Source: an uncultured virus (IMG/VR IMGVR_UViG_2860815047_000004) (lineage: Duplodnaviria > Heunggongvirae > Uroviricota > Caudoviricetes). From it: DNA of 64,000 nucleotides. The stretch lies in the IMG/VR virus record IMGVR_UViG_2860815047_000004. One strand, given 5' to 3'. Below, one piece after another: positions 19,874 through 30,404 of the stretch (position 1 is the stretch's first letter; every line of letters starts with the position of its first letter). The notes under the pieces were generated by a model. That model saw only the letters and a list, made by a program, of their open reading frames with translations, searched no databases and was not told the DNA's origin. Made by a program: the position numbers and the translations under genes.

Positions 19874-20548
19874 TTAATGGGATTCAATGAGCTCAGGTGA
19901 ATTGTTTTTAGGTGAATTCACTAAAGATGAAACTTGATAAGCTTCCATGTCATCAGAGTCATACGGTAACAGTAAGTTTTGAAGATAATCAGGATCCGTG
20001 TTTTTGGGGTTTAGCCATTCCTTTTCGTTCTCATCAGTAAGAATGACCGGCATCCGATCATGAATGTCTTCCATAAGCTCATTGGGTTTTGTCGTGATGA
20101 TTGTACAGGTGTATAACTGATTGCCTTCTGGCGTATTCCACTTTTCATATAAGCCTGCAAATGAAAAGAGATTGGAGGATTTGAGCTTAATCCGCATAGG
20201 AATCTTAGTCTTCGGATCGAGACGTTTCCATTCATAAAAACTGTCTGCAGGGATAATGCAGCGTTTGCTTACAAGCGGCTTTCTGAAGCTTGCTTTCTCG
20301 GCCAATGTTTCAGCACGAGCATTAATCATTTTATAGCCGATCTTTTCATCTTTAGCCCAGGGCGGGATAAGACCCCATCTAAGTTTGCCCAGCCGGTTGT
20401 TCGATCCGTCATTAATGATTGTCAGGATGTTTTGTGAAGGAGCAACGTTATAGCTTGGATGGTATTCTTCTTTAGACAAAAATTGATCTATATTGAACTG
20501 TTCGATGATGTCATCAAACTCAGAAAATAAAGTGAACCTGCCACACAT
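19874..20548 (-). CDS. yoqW: SRAP/YedK abasic-site protecting protein
   Basis: MCGRF N-terminus, INARAET, IHDRMPVIL. Confidence 0.95.
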   Translation of the reverse strand: MCGRFTLFSEFDDIIEQFNIDQFLSKEEYHPSYNVAPSQNILTIINDGSNNRLGKLRWGLIPPWAKDEKIGYKMINARAETLAEKASFRKPLVSKRCIIPADSFYEWKRLDPKTKIPMRIKLKSSNLFSFAGLYEKWNTPEGNQLYTCTIITTKPNELMEDIHDRMPVILTDENEKEWLNPKNTDPDYLQNLLLPYDSDDMEAYQVSSLVNSPKNNSPELIESH

Positions 20549-20618
20549 GTTCATCATCCTTTAGGGTTTTTGAATATTGTACAGGCTTGATGCACGAAAA
20601 TCAAAAAGGAGGAATGTG

Positions 20619-20831
20619 ATGCAACAAACAGTTGAGGTTAAAGAAGTAGATGTGTTGATTAGAGGGATATGGACAAAGAAGAAGTTCACGGATATTCAAA
20701 AGGGACAAACATTTAAGATTGATGAAAATGGGAAATCAACAAAATACATAGCAAGAACCGAACCTTATTGGGATGAGATGTATGAGACTTACATAATTGA
20801 TTTATTTGATAAAAATAAAATGAGTGAATGA
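20619..20831 (+). CDS. yoqX: Hypothetical phage protein, YoqX-like
   Basis: RBS AGGAGG before MQQTVEV; synteny. Confidence 0.65.
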   Translation: MQQTVEVKEVDVLIRGIWTKKKFTDIQKGQTFKIDENGKSTKYIARTEPYWDEMYETYIIDLFDKNKMSE

Positions 20832-20907
20832 GAATCAGAGAGAACAGATAGCATAGATGAAGATAAAACAGAGATTTTTTAAGAATAAAAATAAATGGAG
20901 GATGACA

Positions 20908-21258
20908 ATGAGGGAAATTAAGTTCCGGATGTATTCAAAAAAGAAAAAAGTAATGCACTATTGGGATCATATAAAGCAGTTTCAGTTGGCAGCGCTAGAT
21001 GACAATGATGAAAATGAAAAATACAGTTCATGGATGCAATACACGGGGATGAAGGACAAATACCACCGAGAGATTTATGAGGGGGATATCATTCAAGATG
21101 TAGATGGTTTTCATTGGAGAGTCTACTGGAAAGACGGATCTTTTTGGGCTAAGGGTGGAGAAATGAATGATGATCAACATCTCATAGAACTCGAGTCAGT
21201 CTGGTGGGATGTAGCAGGAAACATTTACGAAGATTCTGAGCTTTTGGAAACTGAATAA
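20908..21258 (+). CDS. YopX-family protein
   Basis: MREIKFR..MQYTGMKDK..EIYEGDII..GNIYE. Confidence 0.9.
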   Translation: MREIKFRMYSKKKKVMHYWDHIKQFQLAALDDNDENEKYSSWMQYTGMKDKYHREIYEGDIIQDVDGFHWRVYWKDGSFWAKGGEMNDDQHLIELESVWWDVAGNIYEDSELLETE

Positions 21259-21291
21259 AAACGATATTTTACAGAAAGAGGATGAATAAAA

Positions 21292-21423
21292 ATGTTTACT
21301 TGCTTCTGCAACGAATGTGAAAAAGTAATTGCAAAAGATGATGTTGATTTAGTAGAAGTCCCTTGGGAAGGAGATTGGAAACACGTGCATTTAAAATGCG
21401 GTAGCATTGTGTCTTGGATTTAA
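21292..21423 (+). CDS. 43-aa Cys/His protein (not in ORF track)
   Basis: MFTCFCNECEK...HLKCGS; RBS GAGGA. Confidence 0.6.
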   Translation: MFTCFCNECEKVIAKDDVDLVEVPWEGDWKHVHLKCGSIVSWI

Positions 21424-21520
21424 CTTGTATGTCTAATTTAAAGGGGGTGATAACAATGTGAGTTACCTATGTGATTTGAGTTTTAAGAATAAAACAAAAA
21501 TAAAAAGGAGTGTTTATTAA

Positions 21521-22345
21521 TTGTTACGGATTAAAAACAGAATAGAGGAATTGCTAAAAAAGACTAAAGGAGCAGAAAAGAGAGACTTTGGACGGTACAC
21601 TCTAATCTGCCCACCTCACCGCGAAGTGAAGCTATTAAATTATAACACAGTTAAGAAGACTTTTCCAATCTTGGTGACAGCTTTGGTTTCATTCCTGAAT
21701 CCAGTGAGTATTTTAGCAGCGGACAAGTATCGGAACTTTGAAGAGCTACAAGCAAATGAATCACCGTTCAATTTTAGCGTGTTCACAAAAGAGCAAGGCA
21801 CTGATGTAATAATTCTTGCTCCCCATGGAGGTGGCATAGAAGGGGGGACAAGCGAGCTTGCAAAGGAATTAAGCGAAGCATACTCTACATATCTTTTTGA
21901 AGCTTTAAAGATACCAGGAGCATTTGATTTACATTTAACAAGTACGAATTTTGATGAACCACGAGCACTTGAAATGTTACAGGAGCATGAGTTCACACTG
22001 TCACTTCATGGCTATGCAAGTAATGTGGAACATGTTTTGGTTGGCGGCACAGATCGGGACAAAGCTGAAGCGATAACAAGTACATTAAATAATGCCGGCT
22101 ACTCTGCAGAGCTTCTAGCTGAGGGTACGAGGCTATCCGGAAGCAGTCCAAATAATGTGGCCAATAAAAATAAAACAGGAAAGAGCATTCAACTGGAATT
22201 GAGCACTGGACTACGCAAATCAATGTTCAACACCTTTTCTCTGAAAGGACGCTCTGGCACAAGAAATGAGACCTTTTATAACTTCATTGACACTCTATCA
22301 GGGTTTCTCAATGAAAATGTAGAAGGGAAGGGTTTGACAACATGA
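21521..22345 (+). CDS. yoqZ: Poly-gamma-glutamate hydrolase (PghP/DUF867 family)
   Basis: APHGGGIEGGTSE, HLTSTNFDEP, SLHG, IQLELS. Confidence 0.92.
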   Translation: MLRIKNRIEELLKKTKGAEKRDFGRYTLICPPHREVKLLNYNTVKKTFPILVTALVSFLNPVSILAADKYRNFEELQANESPFNFSVFTKEQGTDVIILAPHGGGIEGGTSELAKELSEAYSTYLFEALKIPGAFDLHLTSTNFDEPRALEMLQEHEFTLSLHGYASNVEHVLVGGTDRDKAEAITSTLNNAGYSAELLAEGTRLSGSSPNNVANKNKTGKSIQLELSTGLRKSMFNTFSLKGRSGTRNETFYNFIDTLSGFLNENVEGKGLTT

Positions 22346-24084
22346 ACATGCAACAGCCCTTATACTATTTTGTTGATGCTCTGGATTGGGGAATTGATGA
22401 TAAAGGGTCAAATGCAATTGAAACAACAGAAGGATTAAACCGAGCTTTAGAATACGCAAGCTCAAAATCATTTTATAAAGTACATATTCCAAAAGGTATC
22501 TATTTGATCGATGCTGTGAATACAACAAAGCGGTTACCTGAATTCGGTGGAGGTATCAATGTTCCTTCGAATATTGAGCTAATACTTCATCCAGAGGCTA
22601 TATTTAAAGTGCGGCCAAATGATTATCAGGGTTACTCCTGTTTTTATATCGGCCAAGCAAGTAATGTTACGATTCGTGGCGGTCAAATTATTGGGGATCG
22701 ACATGAGCATGATTATTCGAAAATTACCTCAATAAAGAAGACGCATGAATGGGGCTTTGGTATCCATGTTAATGGAAGTAGCAATGTGCTAATTGAAAAT
22801 GTACAAGTTTCTGACTGTATTGGAGACAACATTTGGATAGCGGCTGATGGAATGATGAACACTTCAGGAACATATACGCCCTCAAAGAATGTAACCGTTC
22901 GAAAGTGTACGCTTTTAAGAGGAAGAAGAAATAATCTGGCTACCAATGGTTGTGAAGGTCTTCTTGTCGATGACTGTGATATAGAAGAAGCTGGGGGAGA
23001 TACAATTGGGCCACAATTAGGAATTGATTTAGAGGGTTTTGGAGAAAACGGAATTAAATACGATCACCCGTATAAATTAACTGTGCGAAACTGCAGGTTT
23101 AAAAACAATGGACGTGGATCCGTTACAGCGCACACAAGCGGCAAGGTAATTATTGAAGGAAACTACAGTGACCATGTTATTTCCTATGGATATAGCACGG
23201 ATGTCAGTGTTAAGGACAACAAGATTATTAATAAGGGAAAATCCAAGAAATATGGAATTGACTCGGTGGGTGTTTCAAGCACGGAGTCAGGAAATAGAGT
23301 ACAAATCAGTGGTAACACTGTAAGAGGGTTTGAAATAGGCATTTGTTTAAGAGGTAAAGGGATTGATGTAATGGACAATATACTTGAAAACATAACGGCT
23401 TGTCCGATTGCAACACATGAAGCAGAAGATGTTTTTATTTCGAATAATCATATTGAAAACAGCGATTGTATACAAGTTCAAGTGCGAAACTCAAAAGATG
23501 TGAGAGTTACAAATAATAAAGGGGGAAATACAACATCTGCTTATGCCATTAAAATCATGGATTCTAACCGTGTAAGTTTTGCTATTAATGAATTTGCAAA
23601 TGTGCACGGGGGAGCTTACTGTGAGAGGTCTCAATCAGTTCGTTTAAAGTTGAATGACTTATTCTTAAGCGGTAGTGGATACGGCATCTTTTGGGATAAG
23701 GATTCTGAAGTGTACTTCAACGGAAATGAAATTCATAATCCAAGAAATGTTGCAATCAAAGGTACATCCGAGAAATACAGCTGTCAGATCAGCAAGAATC
23801 AGATTTATTTCTGTAAGTCATTGATTGCTATCCACTTAGTAGGTGGTTCAGAACACATGCTAAACAATAATGAAATCATGTTTAATCGCTCAACAGACCA
23901 AGGATATGGTGTTTATTTAGAGAATACAAATAAGGTACGTCTCGTAAAAAACGATACGCGTGGAATAGGAGGTAAGTTACTATCTCACCCGTATTGCACA
24001 GATAAAGCAAAGAATACAACCTTAATTTATAACACATATAACAGTGGAACACTGAAGACTGCAGAAGGAGATATTGTAGTCTAA
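22342..24084 (+). CDS. yorA: Right-handed parallel beta-helix protein
   Basis: 580 aa of Asn/Ile/Gly-rich beta-helix repeats; pectin-lyase-like N-terminus. Confidence 0.88.
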   Translation: MNMQQPLYYFVDALDWGIDDKGSNAIETTEGLNRALEYASSKSFYKVHIPKGIYLIDAVNTTKRLPEFGGGINVPSNIELILHPEAIFKVRPNDYQGYSCFYIGQASNVTIRGGQIIGDRHEHDYSKITSIKKTHEWGFGIHVNGSSNVLIENVQVSDCIGDNIWIAADGMMNTSGTYTPSKNVTVRKCTLLRGRRNNLATNGCEGLLVDDCDIEEAGGDTIGPQLGIDLEGFGENGIKYDHPYKLTVRNCRFKNNGRGSVTAHTSGKVIIEGNYSDHVISYGYSTDVSVKDNKIINKGKSKKYGIDSVGVSSTESGNRVQISGNTVRGFEIGICLRGKGIDVMDNILENITACPIATHEAEDVFISNNHIENSDCIQVQVRNSKDVRVTNNKGGNTTSAYAIKIMDSNRVSFAINEFANVHGGAYCERSQSVRLKLNDLFLSGSGYGIFWDKDSEVYFNGNEIHNPRNVAIKGTSEKYSCQISKNQIYFCKSLIAIHLVGGSEHMLNNNEIMFNRSTDQGYGVYLENTNKVRLVKNDTRGIGGKLLSHPYCTDKAKNTTLIYNTYNSGTLKTAEGDIVV

Positions 24085-24196
24085 ATAAAACTGTAGTTTA
24101 AAAGAAAACAAATTAAATAGAAAGTGGTTTATATGGATATTTTTGGGGTAATGTCTGAGTGTAATATAATTAAAACACTCAGAGGAGGAATTAGGT

Positions 24197-24721
24197 GTGA
24201 AAAACAACATTGGTAAAATTGGAGTTGTTGGAACTTTACTCGTAAGTGGTTTGCTTTGTGATTTTGGGGCAGGAGTAAATGCAAAAGAGCTAAATCAAAG
24301 TAGGAAAGATACTGAAAGCAATAATTACCACCAACCAATCAATGTACTTAAGACCGCCTCAAATATTAAGAGCCCAGATTTTTCGACAACTGCAGATGAT
24401 TGGCAAGATGCCGGAACTACATACGGCGATACCAAGTTTGACAAGTATTCGACTGCTGCAGTCGTTCAAACATTAGGATTTGCATTAAATTTGCCAACAG
24501 GGGGATGGTCTTCTTATTTAGCTGGACTAGCTAACATGATTATTCTAGGTGAATATAAAATTGTTTACTTTAAGGATAAGCAGGAATTTAAGATGGCAGG
24601 GGCAACTCTAATGACAAAGCACCATGTAACGATTTATGAAGATAAGGATCGAAAGAAAAAAATCGGAAGTGACAGCTTTATCATCACAGACAAAGGCGGC
24701 CCAAAAGTTGCTGAAATGTAA
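24197..24721 (+). CDS. Secreted protein, possible antimicrobial precursor
   Basis: Signal peptide ending VNA; internal hydrophobic hairpin. Confidence 0.7.
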   Translation: MKNNIGKIGVVGTLLVSGLLCDFGAGVNAKELNQSRKDTESNNYHQPINVLKTASNIKSPDFSTTADDWQDAGTTYGDTKFDKYSTAAVVQTLGFALNLPTGGWSSYLAGLANMIILGEYKIVYFKDKQEFKMAGATLMTKHHVTIYEDKDRKKKIGSDSFIITDKGGPKVAEM

Positions 24722-24730
24722 GAGATAAAA

Positions 24731-24760
24731 AATAATCCTCCCTTAGGTGGGAGGATTATT
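24731..24760. terminator. Bidirectional terminator
   Basis: AATAATCCTCCC-ttaggt-GGGAGGATTATT. Confidence 0.8.
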
Positions 24761-25004
24761 ATATGCTGTTTATTATGCTGTAAACTAATGCTACAACAAA
24801 CAATGGATATGAAATAATGGCAATTAATTTTGAGGATTTGCTCTTATTTTTTTCAAATGTGTATATGAGTGCGAATCCTAAAAAGAATATTGTGACAAAC
24901 CAAGAAGAATAGGACGGGTACAATGCAATAAGTAAGACAATAAGAGTGGATAACGCAAAAGAAGAGTTTAGTGTTATTTTCTGATCGTTTTTCAAATGAA
25001 CCAC
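24759..25004 (-). CDS. Small three-TM membrane protein
   Basis: RBS AAGGAGG; three hydrophobic helices. Confidence 0.7.
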   Translation of the reverse strand: MVHLKNDQKITLNSSFALSTLIVLLIALYPSYSSWFVTIFFLGFALIYTFEKNKSKSSKLIAIISYPLFVVALVYSIINSI

Positions 25005-25067
25005 CTCCTTACACGTATTACCCCATATAAAAACACTTAAACATTATACTTAAGGGAGCTTGATTAA

Positions 25068-25445
25068 ATGATCAATATTTTAAGCAAAGAACAAGATGGA
25101 GCAATCCGGTATTTCAAGAACAAGCTGAATATATCTGAAAAACTGTACATATCCCTGATTAATTTTAATCTACTTAGAGATAAACACGAAGACTTTGGCA
25201 ATAGACTATATGAGCTTTATAAGGCAGACCCTTATCTGTATATCAGAGCACTTAAAGAAGGTTATGTGGTTGATCAGCCAATTGAATTTAATGAAGCAAT
25301 TGTGCGGTTCTATGATGGTGAAGAACTTGCTGTAATTCATAAGACCACTGGGAAGAGATATAACGTGAATATAAAAATGAAAAAGCTTCCTGACGGTTTT
25401 ACGCTACAAGCAATGAACATGTGGTCATGGAGTGAAGTTGTTTAA
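25068..25445 (+). CDS. yorC: Hypothetical phage protein, YorC-like
   Basis: 125 aa; synteny. Confidence 0.7.
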   Translation: MINILSKEQDGAIRYFKNKLNISEKLYISLINFNLLRDKHEDFGNRLYELYKADPYLYIRALKEGYVVDQPIEFNEAIVRFYDGEELAVIHKTTGKRYNVNIKMKKLPDGFTLQAMNMWSWSEVV

Positions 25446-25549
25446 TTTTATGAATTTTCACTTGTTTTGATTTGTTATGTCGTAAAGTGGGTACAATTAA
25501 GGATTAGCAGGAAAAGGTTCACTCATAATAATGTAAGGAGGTGTTTAAT

Positions 25550-25717
25550 GTGTTGGTATTTGAATATGGCAAAACGAAGCAAGAAGCTCTGTCCAACCTA
25601 TGTAGAAAAATGATCCGTGAGTACCCAGATGAAAGTTTCTCAACAGACTCCGCAAAAGTTTCTGATTATGGTAATGAAGGATCAGATAAGAGATACGTAG
25701 CTGAATTTCAGGTATAG
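25550..25717 (+). CDS. 55-aa protein (not in ORF track)
   Basis: RBS AAGGAGGTG; followed by hairpin AGAAGCGCC..GGCGCTTCT. Confidence 0.6.
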   Translation: MLVFEYGKTKQEALSNLCRKMIREYPDESFSTDSAKVSDYGNEGSDKRYVAEFQV

Positions 25718-25967
25718 AATAGTTTGTTATACAGAAGCGCCTTTGCTTGGGCGCTTCTTAACTCTCAATATCATTTTATAAAATTACACGCGCTATTGGG
25801 GTGTGGAAACAAGAAGATCAATCTTCAGAAGCAGCCGGCACTGCAATTGATAAAGACACTCATCACAAGAAAGAACTATTTTTTAGGATAAAAATAAAAT
25901 AGTTGTTGACCGTTGCGTTTTGATGATGTAAGATTAAGTTATCCCAAAGAGAGAAAGGAGGAAAGAG

Positions 25968-26342
25968 ATGAAGAAGGAATTAAAGATACTGAATGTATCT
26001 GACGAAGCCTTACATACCTACAAAAATGATGTCAAAAGGAATTACGACATTGACGAAGACCAAGCAAGAAGAAAATTAACCAGGAATGTGATGTTGGTAA
26101 AGGAATTTAAACCAAGAGGAATTAAAAGAGGTCTTTTTTCTAAAACATACTCATATGGAAACTTAAAGATCACAATTCGACATGGAACAGTAATAAGGAT
26201 TGAAAATGTAAAAGGTGATCCTGAACCTTGGGACTTTCCAAAAAAGAGATACATAGAATTAAACAAGCTACTTGGCATTAAGGATTGTAAGTTTAGTAGC
26301 AAGTCTTATTATAGGCATTTTAAGAGCAAAAATAAAATATAA
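25968..26342 (+). CDS. yorE: Hypothetical protein, first gene of the replication operon
   Basis: Promoter TTGACC..TAAGAT, RBS AAGGAGG; synteny. Confidence 0.75.
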   Translation: MKKELKILNVSDEALHTYKNDVKRNYDIDEDQARRKLTRNVMLVKEFKPRGIKRGLFSKTYSYGNLKITIRHGTVIRIENVKGDPEPWDFPKKRYIELNKLLGIKDCKFSSKSYYRHFKSKNKI

Positions 26343-26369
26343 TAAAAAAGAAAGAGGTTGATTATTTAA

Positions 26370-27284
26370 ATGGCAGAAAATAAAACAGTATTACGTGAAG
26401 CATCAAATGTTGTAACTATTGAGGGGACACTTGCTGAGGTAAAACACACTGAGTGGAAAAGTGGTAAAGGGCTAAATATTGAACTAGATATTGAGGTTGC
26501 ACCAAATGAAGTGCATACAGTAAAAGGCTTTTCAAAATATAAGAAAGCTGATGGCACAGATAATGCTATTGCAAAAGGTTATCAAACCATTATCAGTGAA
26601 TATAAGTCCATTGCAGAACATGGGAGAGACGAAGCTGACAAAGTGAGAATTACCCAAGGAAACATTGGATTGAATGAATATTACTCTCAAGGGATTTTAA
26701 AGGCGTATCCACAGTTAACGACTAACTTTGTAAATAGACTGGACGCCAATGAAGAATTCAATCCAAGAGCAGAATTTGATGTTGAGCTGTTTGTAAAGAA
26801 TGTAACCGAAGAAAAAATAAAAGGTGAAGAAACGGGCAGAGTTAATTTAAATGGTTATATTCCTTTATATGGTGGGAAAGTAATTCCGTTTGAATTTGTA
26901 GTCACAAAAGAAGGGTCTCAATACGTTGAAAATAATTATGATAAAGGGTCTACGGTTAATGTTTTTGGAAAGATTATTAACTTCAAAGAGCAAAAAGTAA
27001 CGACCAAAACAGCAGCATTTGGTGAAGACAAGAAAGAAATCACTACTAATTCGAAAAGAGAGTACCTAATTACAGGTGGCAATGATCCATATGACGAGGA
27101 TAATAAGAATGCTTTTAATGCAGATGCAATTAAAAAAGCGTTGACTGAAAGAGAGATTTACCTAGATGGACTTAAGAATGAAAGTGACAATGAGAACAAT
27201 AAAAAGTCTGGGTTTGGCGGAAGTGCTCCTAATAACAAGCCTTCAAAGCCGGTTGAAATTTCAGATGATGACCTACCTTTTTAA
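26370..27284 (+). CDS. yorF: Putative ssDNA-binding protein
   Basis: OB-fold-like sequence; C-terminal DDDLPF tail. Confidence 0.85.
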   Translation: MAENKTVLREASNVVTIEGTLAEVKHTEWKSGKGLNIELDIEVAPNEVHTVKGFSKYKKADGTDNAIAKGYQTIISEYKSIAEHGRDEADKVRITQGNIGLNEYYSQGILKAYPQLTTNFVNRLDANEEFNPRAEFDVELFVKNVTEEKIKGEETGRVNLNGYIPLYGGKVIPFEFVVTKEGSQYVENNYDKGSTVNVFGKIINFKEQKVTTKTAAFGEDKKEITTNSKREYLITGGNDPYDEDNKNAFNADAIKKALTEREIYLDGLKNESDNENNKKSGFGGSAPNNKPSKPVEISDDDLPF

Positions 27285-27373
27285 AGGATAAAAATAAAAT
27301 AACTAAACTAAAAAATACATAACTGGGGTGGGCTTTGACTAACCCATCAAATCATAATTAAAGGAGAGTTTAA

Positions 27374-28345
27374 ATGGCAATCGATATTTTCAATCCTCAG
27401 GTTTCAGTAGTCGCAAAAGGTTTAGAAGGAAAAGTTATTACTATCTATGGTTCTAACAACTTGGGTAAGACAAAACAAAGCACACGAATGACGAAGCCTT
27501 TATACTTGCCATTTGAAAAAGGTTTGAATGCCATCGCAGGCGTTAAATTTATGGCTATTAATAGCTGGGCGGATTTTAAGAAGGTTAATAAACAGTTAAC
27601 CAAAAATGCAGAAAAGGCAAAAGAAACGTATCAGACAATTATTGTTGATGAAGTAGATGCATTTGCTAAATATGCAACCAGATATGTTTGCGAACAATAT
27701 GATGTAGAACGGATTAAAGATGGAAATGATGGGTTTGGTCTTTGGAAAGAGTATGAAACAGAAGTATGGGAAGAAATTAATAAACTGATTGGTGTAGGAT
27801 TCACCGTTATCTTTATTGCTCATGCTGCAGAGGACAAAAAAGGAAAAGTTTATCCTAAGGGTGATAAACGTGTATTGGCCCCTGTTATTGATAACAGTGA
27901 TATTGTACTTTATCTAAGTTCTAATGGTGTTGATGAAGACAGAAAGGTTATCAAATCAAGCGCTTGGTTGGCTGAAACAGAAGAGCACTTTGCACGCAGC
28001 CGTTTCGATTACATTGACACATACCTCCCTGAGTTCACTGCAGAGAGCCTGGAAAAAGCCATCATAGAAGCAGTTGAAAGACAGGAAGAAGCAGAAGGTA
28101 TTATTGCTGTTACATATGAAGAGCAAAAACAAAACAACGCTTCAGAAGAGCTTGATTACGACTCATTGATGGAGCAAATCAAAGAAGTTGGAATTAAGCT
28201 CAATGGAGAAGGACGATTGGAAGAGGTTAATGAGATTACAGAGAAGCATTTAGGCAAGGGAGTAAAAGTGACTGAATGCAGCCGCAAACAAGTAAACGTT
28301 ATGTCTGTAATTTTGGATGACCTAAAAGATCTTCTATCTAAATAA
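27374..28345 (+). CDS. yorG: AAA ATPase, Sak4-like annealing protein
   Basis: GSNNLGKT Walker A, IIVDE Walker B. Confidence 0.88.
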   Translation: MAIDIFNPQVSVVAKGLEGKVITIYGSNNLGKTKQSTRMTKPLYLPFEKGLNAIAGVKFMAINSWADFKKVNKQLTKNAEKAKETYQTIIVDEVDAFAKYATRYVCEQYDVERIKDGNDGFGLWKEYETEVWEEINKLIGVGFTVIFIAHAAEDKKGKVYPKGDKRVLAPVIDNSDIVLYLSSNGVDEDRKVIKSSAWLAETEEHFARSRFDYIDTYLPEFTAESLEKAIIEAVERQEEAEGIIAVTYEEQKQNNASEELDYDSLMEQIKEVGIKLNGEGRLEEVNEITEKHLGKGVKVTECSRKQVNVMSVILDDLKDLLSK

Positions 28346-28386
28346 ACTGGGGGGATTATTCCCTCCTCCTTAATAGGGGTGATTAT

Positions 28387-28857
28387 TTGGGAAGACAAGT
28401 CAAATGTCCATATTGTGAGACAAAATTAGATAAAGATTTAGCGATTCCTTATAAAAAAAGATACTACCATGAACAGTGCTTCAACACATGGAGACAAGAG
28501 GCAGACCATCGAAAAGAGTTACTTCAATACATATGCAACTTATATGGTCTTGCATCTCCGACAGGTATGATGCTAAAACAGATCAAAGAGTTTCAAGAGG
28601 ATTATGGTTATAAGCTAAAAGGAATCGAGCTTGCGCTTAAGTACTTTTATGAAACACTGGCGAATCATCCAAGAGAAGGTGATGGCATTGGAATTGTCCC
28701 TTTTGTATATGACGAGGCCAAGCGACATTACATAAAACAAAAGGCAATACAAAAATCAGCTGAAGACCCTAAGAACCACAAAAGAGAAGAAATCACTTTA
28801 ATTATAAAAAAGGGATTGCGAAAGAAAAGGGGACTTCTTGACATCTCAACATTATAG
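28387..28857 (+). CDS. yorH: Zinc-finger replication protein
   Basis: CPYC..HEQC; synteny. Confidence 0.8.
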   Translation: MGRQVKCPYCETKLDKDLAIPYKKRYYHEQCFNTWRQEADHRKELLQYICNLYGLASPTGMMLKQIKEFQEDYGYKLKGIELALKYFYETLANHPREGDGIGIVPFVYDEAKRHYIKQKAIQKSAEDPKNHKREEITLIIKKGLRKKRGLLDISTL

Positions 28858-28871
28858 GAAGGAGAGTCCAT

Positions 28872-30389
28872 TTGCTACAAGACAAAAAAGCAATTATACA
28901 AGTGTTGGGGAGCATATTAAAGGAACCCTCGCTCTTATCTGAAAGTAACGGATACAACCTATCAAAGACCGACTTTCCCGAAAGATTTCATTCAATTCTC
29001 TTTGCTGCAATGTGTAACTTATTTAATCAAGGCACAGAGGTCATAAATGAAGTAGAGATTGATGGATATCTAAAAAACTATGGAATTCAGTATAAAGTTT
29101 TCAATGACAATGACGGTATAAATTATATTCATACAATACAGAATTTGGCCGAAGTCGAAAACTTTGAGTTTTATTATAACCGTTTAAAAAAGTTTAGTTT
29201 AATCAGGGAAATGCATGGACTAGGGTTTGACGTTAGAGAGATATACGATCATACAATAATTGATCCTAGAGAGCAAGAGGCTATGCAGGAACGTTTTGAT
29301 AAGAAGTCAATAGAAGAAATACTTTCACATTACGAAATGAAGATTATTGAAGTAAAAGATAAATTCAAAACAAACAGTCAAAGCAAGGGTATTCAAGCTG
29401 GAGAGGGTGTCCATCTGTTTTTAGATAGGTTAAAGCTCTCACCAGATATTGGAGTACCTTTGAACAGTGAAATTCAAACTTCAATTTTTAGGGGATCTCG
29501 AAGAAAAAAGTTCTATTTGAGATCAGGTACCACTGGAGGAGGTAAGACAAGAAACATGGTTGCAGATGCCTGCTTCTTAGGCGCAACCCAAATTTACAAT
29601 ATCAAAGAAAACCAATGGGAAGATAACCTTTTTAGAGAGAACGCATCTGTAATTTCAACGGAAATGGTACCTGAGGAACTGCAAAGTATAGCAATAGCAT
29701 ATATCTCAGGTGTACCAGAAGAGAAAATACTTCGAAATTCCGCTACAAAGTCTGAAGAAGAAAGAATTAGAAAGGCGGCAGATATATTAGAGGAATCACC
29801 TATTTGGTTTGAACATTTGCCGGATTTCAATATCAAAGAAATAGAAGAGACTATCGAGAAAAACGTTAGAAAATACAATGTCGGGTATATTTATTTTGAT
29901 TATATCCATTCATCTGTAACCATTTTTTCAGAAATGAGCAGAAACAGTGGAATAAGCTTAAGAGAAGACCAAATTTTATTGCTTATGGCCGATAAGTTAA
30001 AGGCTTTATGTAATAAATATGATGTTTTTATGATGAGTGCAACGCAGCTGAACGGTGAATGGAAGGACGCTTGGCTAAAAGGTCTACAAATTGATGCTAA
30101 TTATTTAAGGGGAAGTAAGGCTATTGCAGATAAAACTGACGTAGCGATGATTATTCTTCCATTAAGCAAAAAAGAGAAGGAAGCTGCTTCAGACATAATG
30201 AAGAATGGCTTTGGATACAAGATGCCTAACTTTGTTGTCCATGTATTTAAGAATCGTGGGAATAAACATGATAAGCTGAAGATTTTTACATACATAAACA
30301 TGGATATCATGAGAACGGAAGATTGTTTCACAACAAATATTGATAACGAATTAATCACAGTTGAAAAATTGAATATTAAAGCAGGATAA
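28872..30389 (+). CDS. yorI: DnaB-like replicative helicase
   Basis: GTTGGGKT, ISTEM, FDYI, ATQLN, LRGSKAIAD. Confidence 0.93.
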   Translation: MLQDKKAIIQVLGSILKEPSLLSESNGYNLSKTDFPERFHSILFAAMCNLFNQGTEVINEVEIDGYLKNYGIQYKVFNDNDGINYIHTIQNLAEVENFEFYYNRLKKFSLIREMHGLGFDVREIYDHTIIDPREQEAMQERFDKKSIEEILSHYEMKIIEVKDKFKTNSQSKGIQAGEGVHLFLDRLKLSPDIGVPLNSEIQTSIFRGSRRKKFYLRSGTTGGGKTRNMVADACFLGATQIYNIKENQWEDNLFRENASVISTEMVPEELQSIAIAYISGVPEEKILRNSATKSEEERIRKAADILEESPIWFEHLPDFNIKEIEETIEKNVRKYNVGYIYFDYIHSSVTIFSEMSRNSGISLREDQILLLMADKLKALCNKYDVFMMSATQLNGEWKDAWLKGLQIDANYLRGSKAIADKTDVAMIILPLSKKEKEAASDIMKNGFGYKMPNFVVHVFKNRGNKHDKLKIFTYINMDIMRTEDCFTTNIDNELITVEKLNIKAG

Positions 30390-30404
30390 GGGGTGTAGCA
30401 CCCT

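Noticed and set aside
25469..25494. SigB promoter upstream of the 55-aa ORF
   Set aside because: The GGGTAC -10 is plausible but the -35 match is weak; not supportable from sequence alone.
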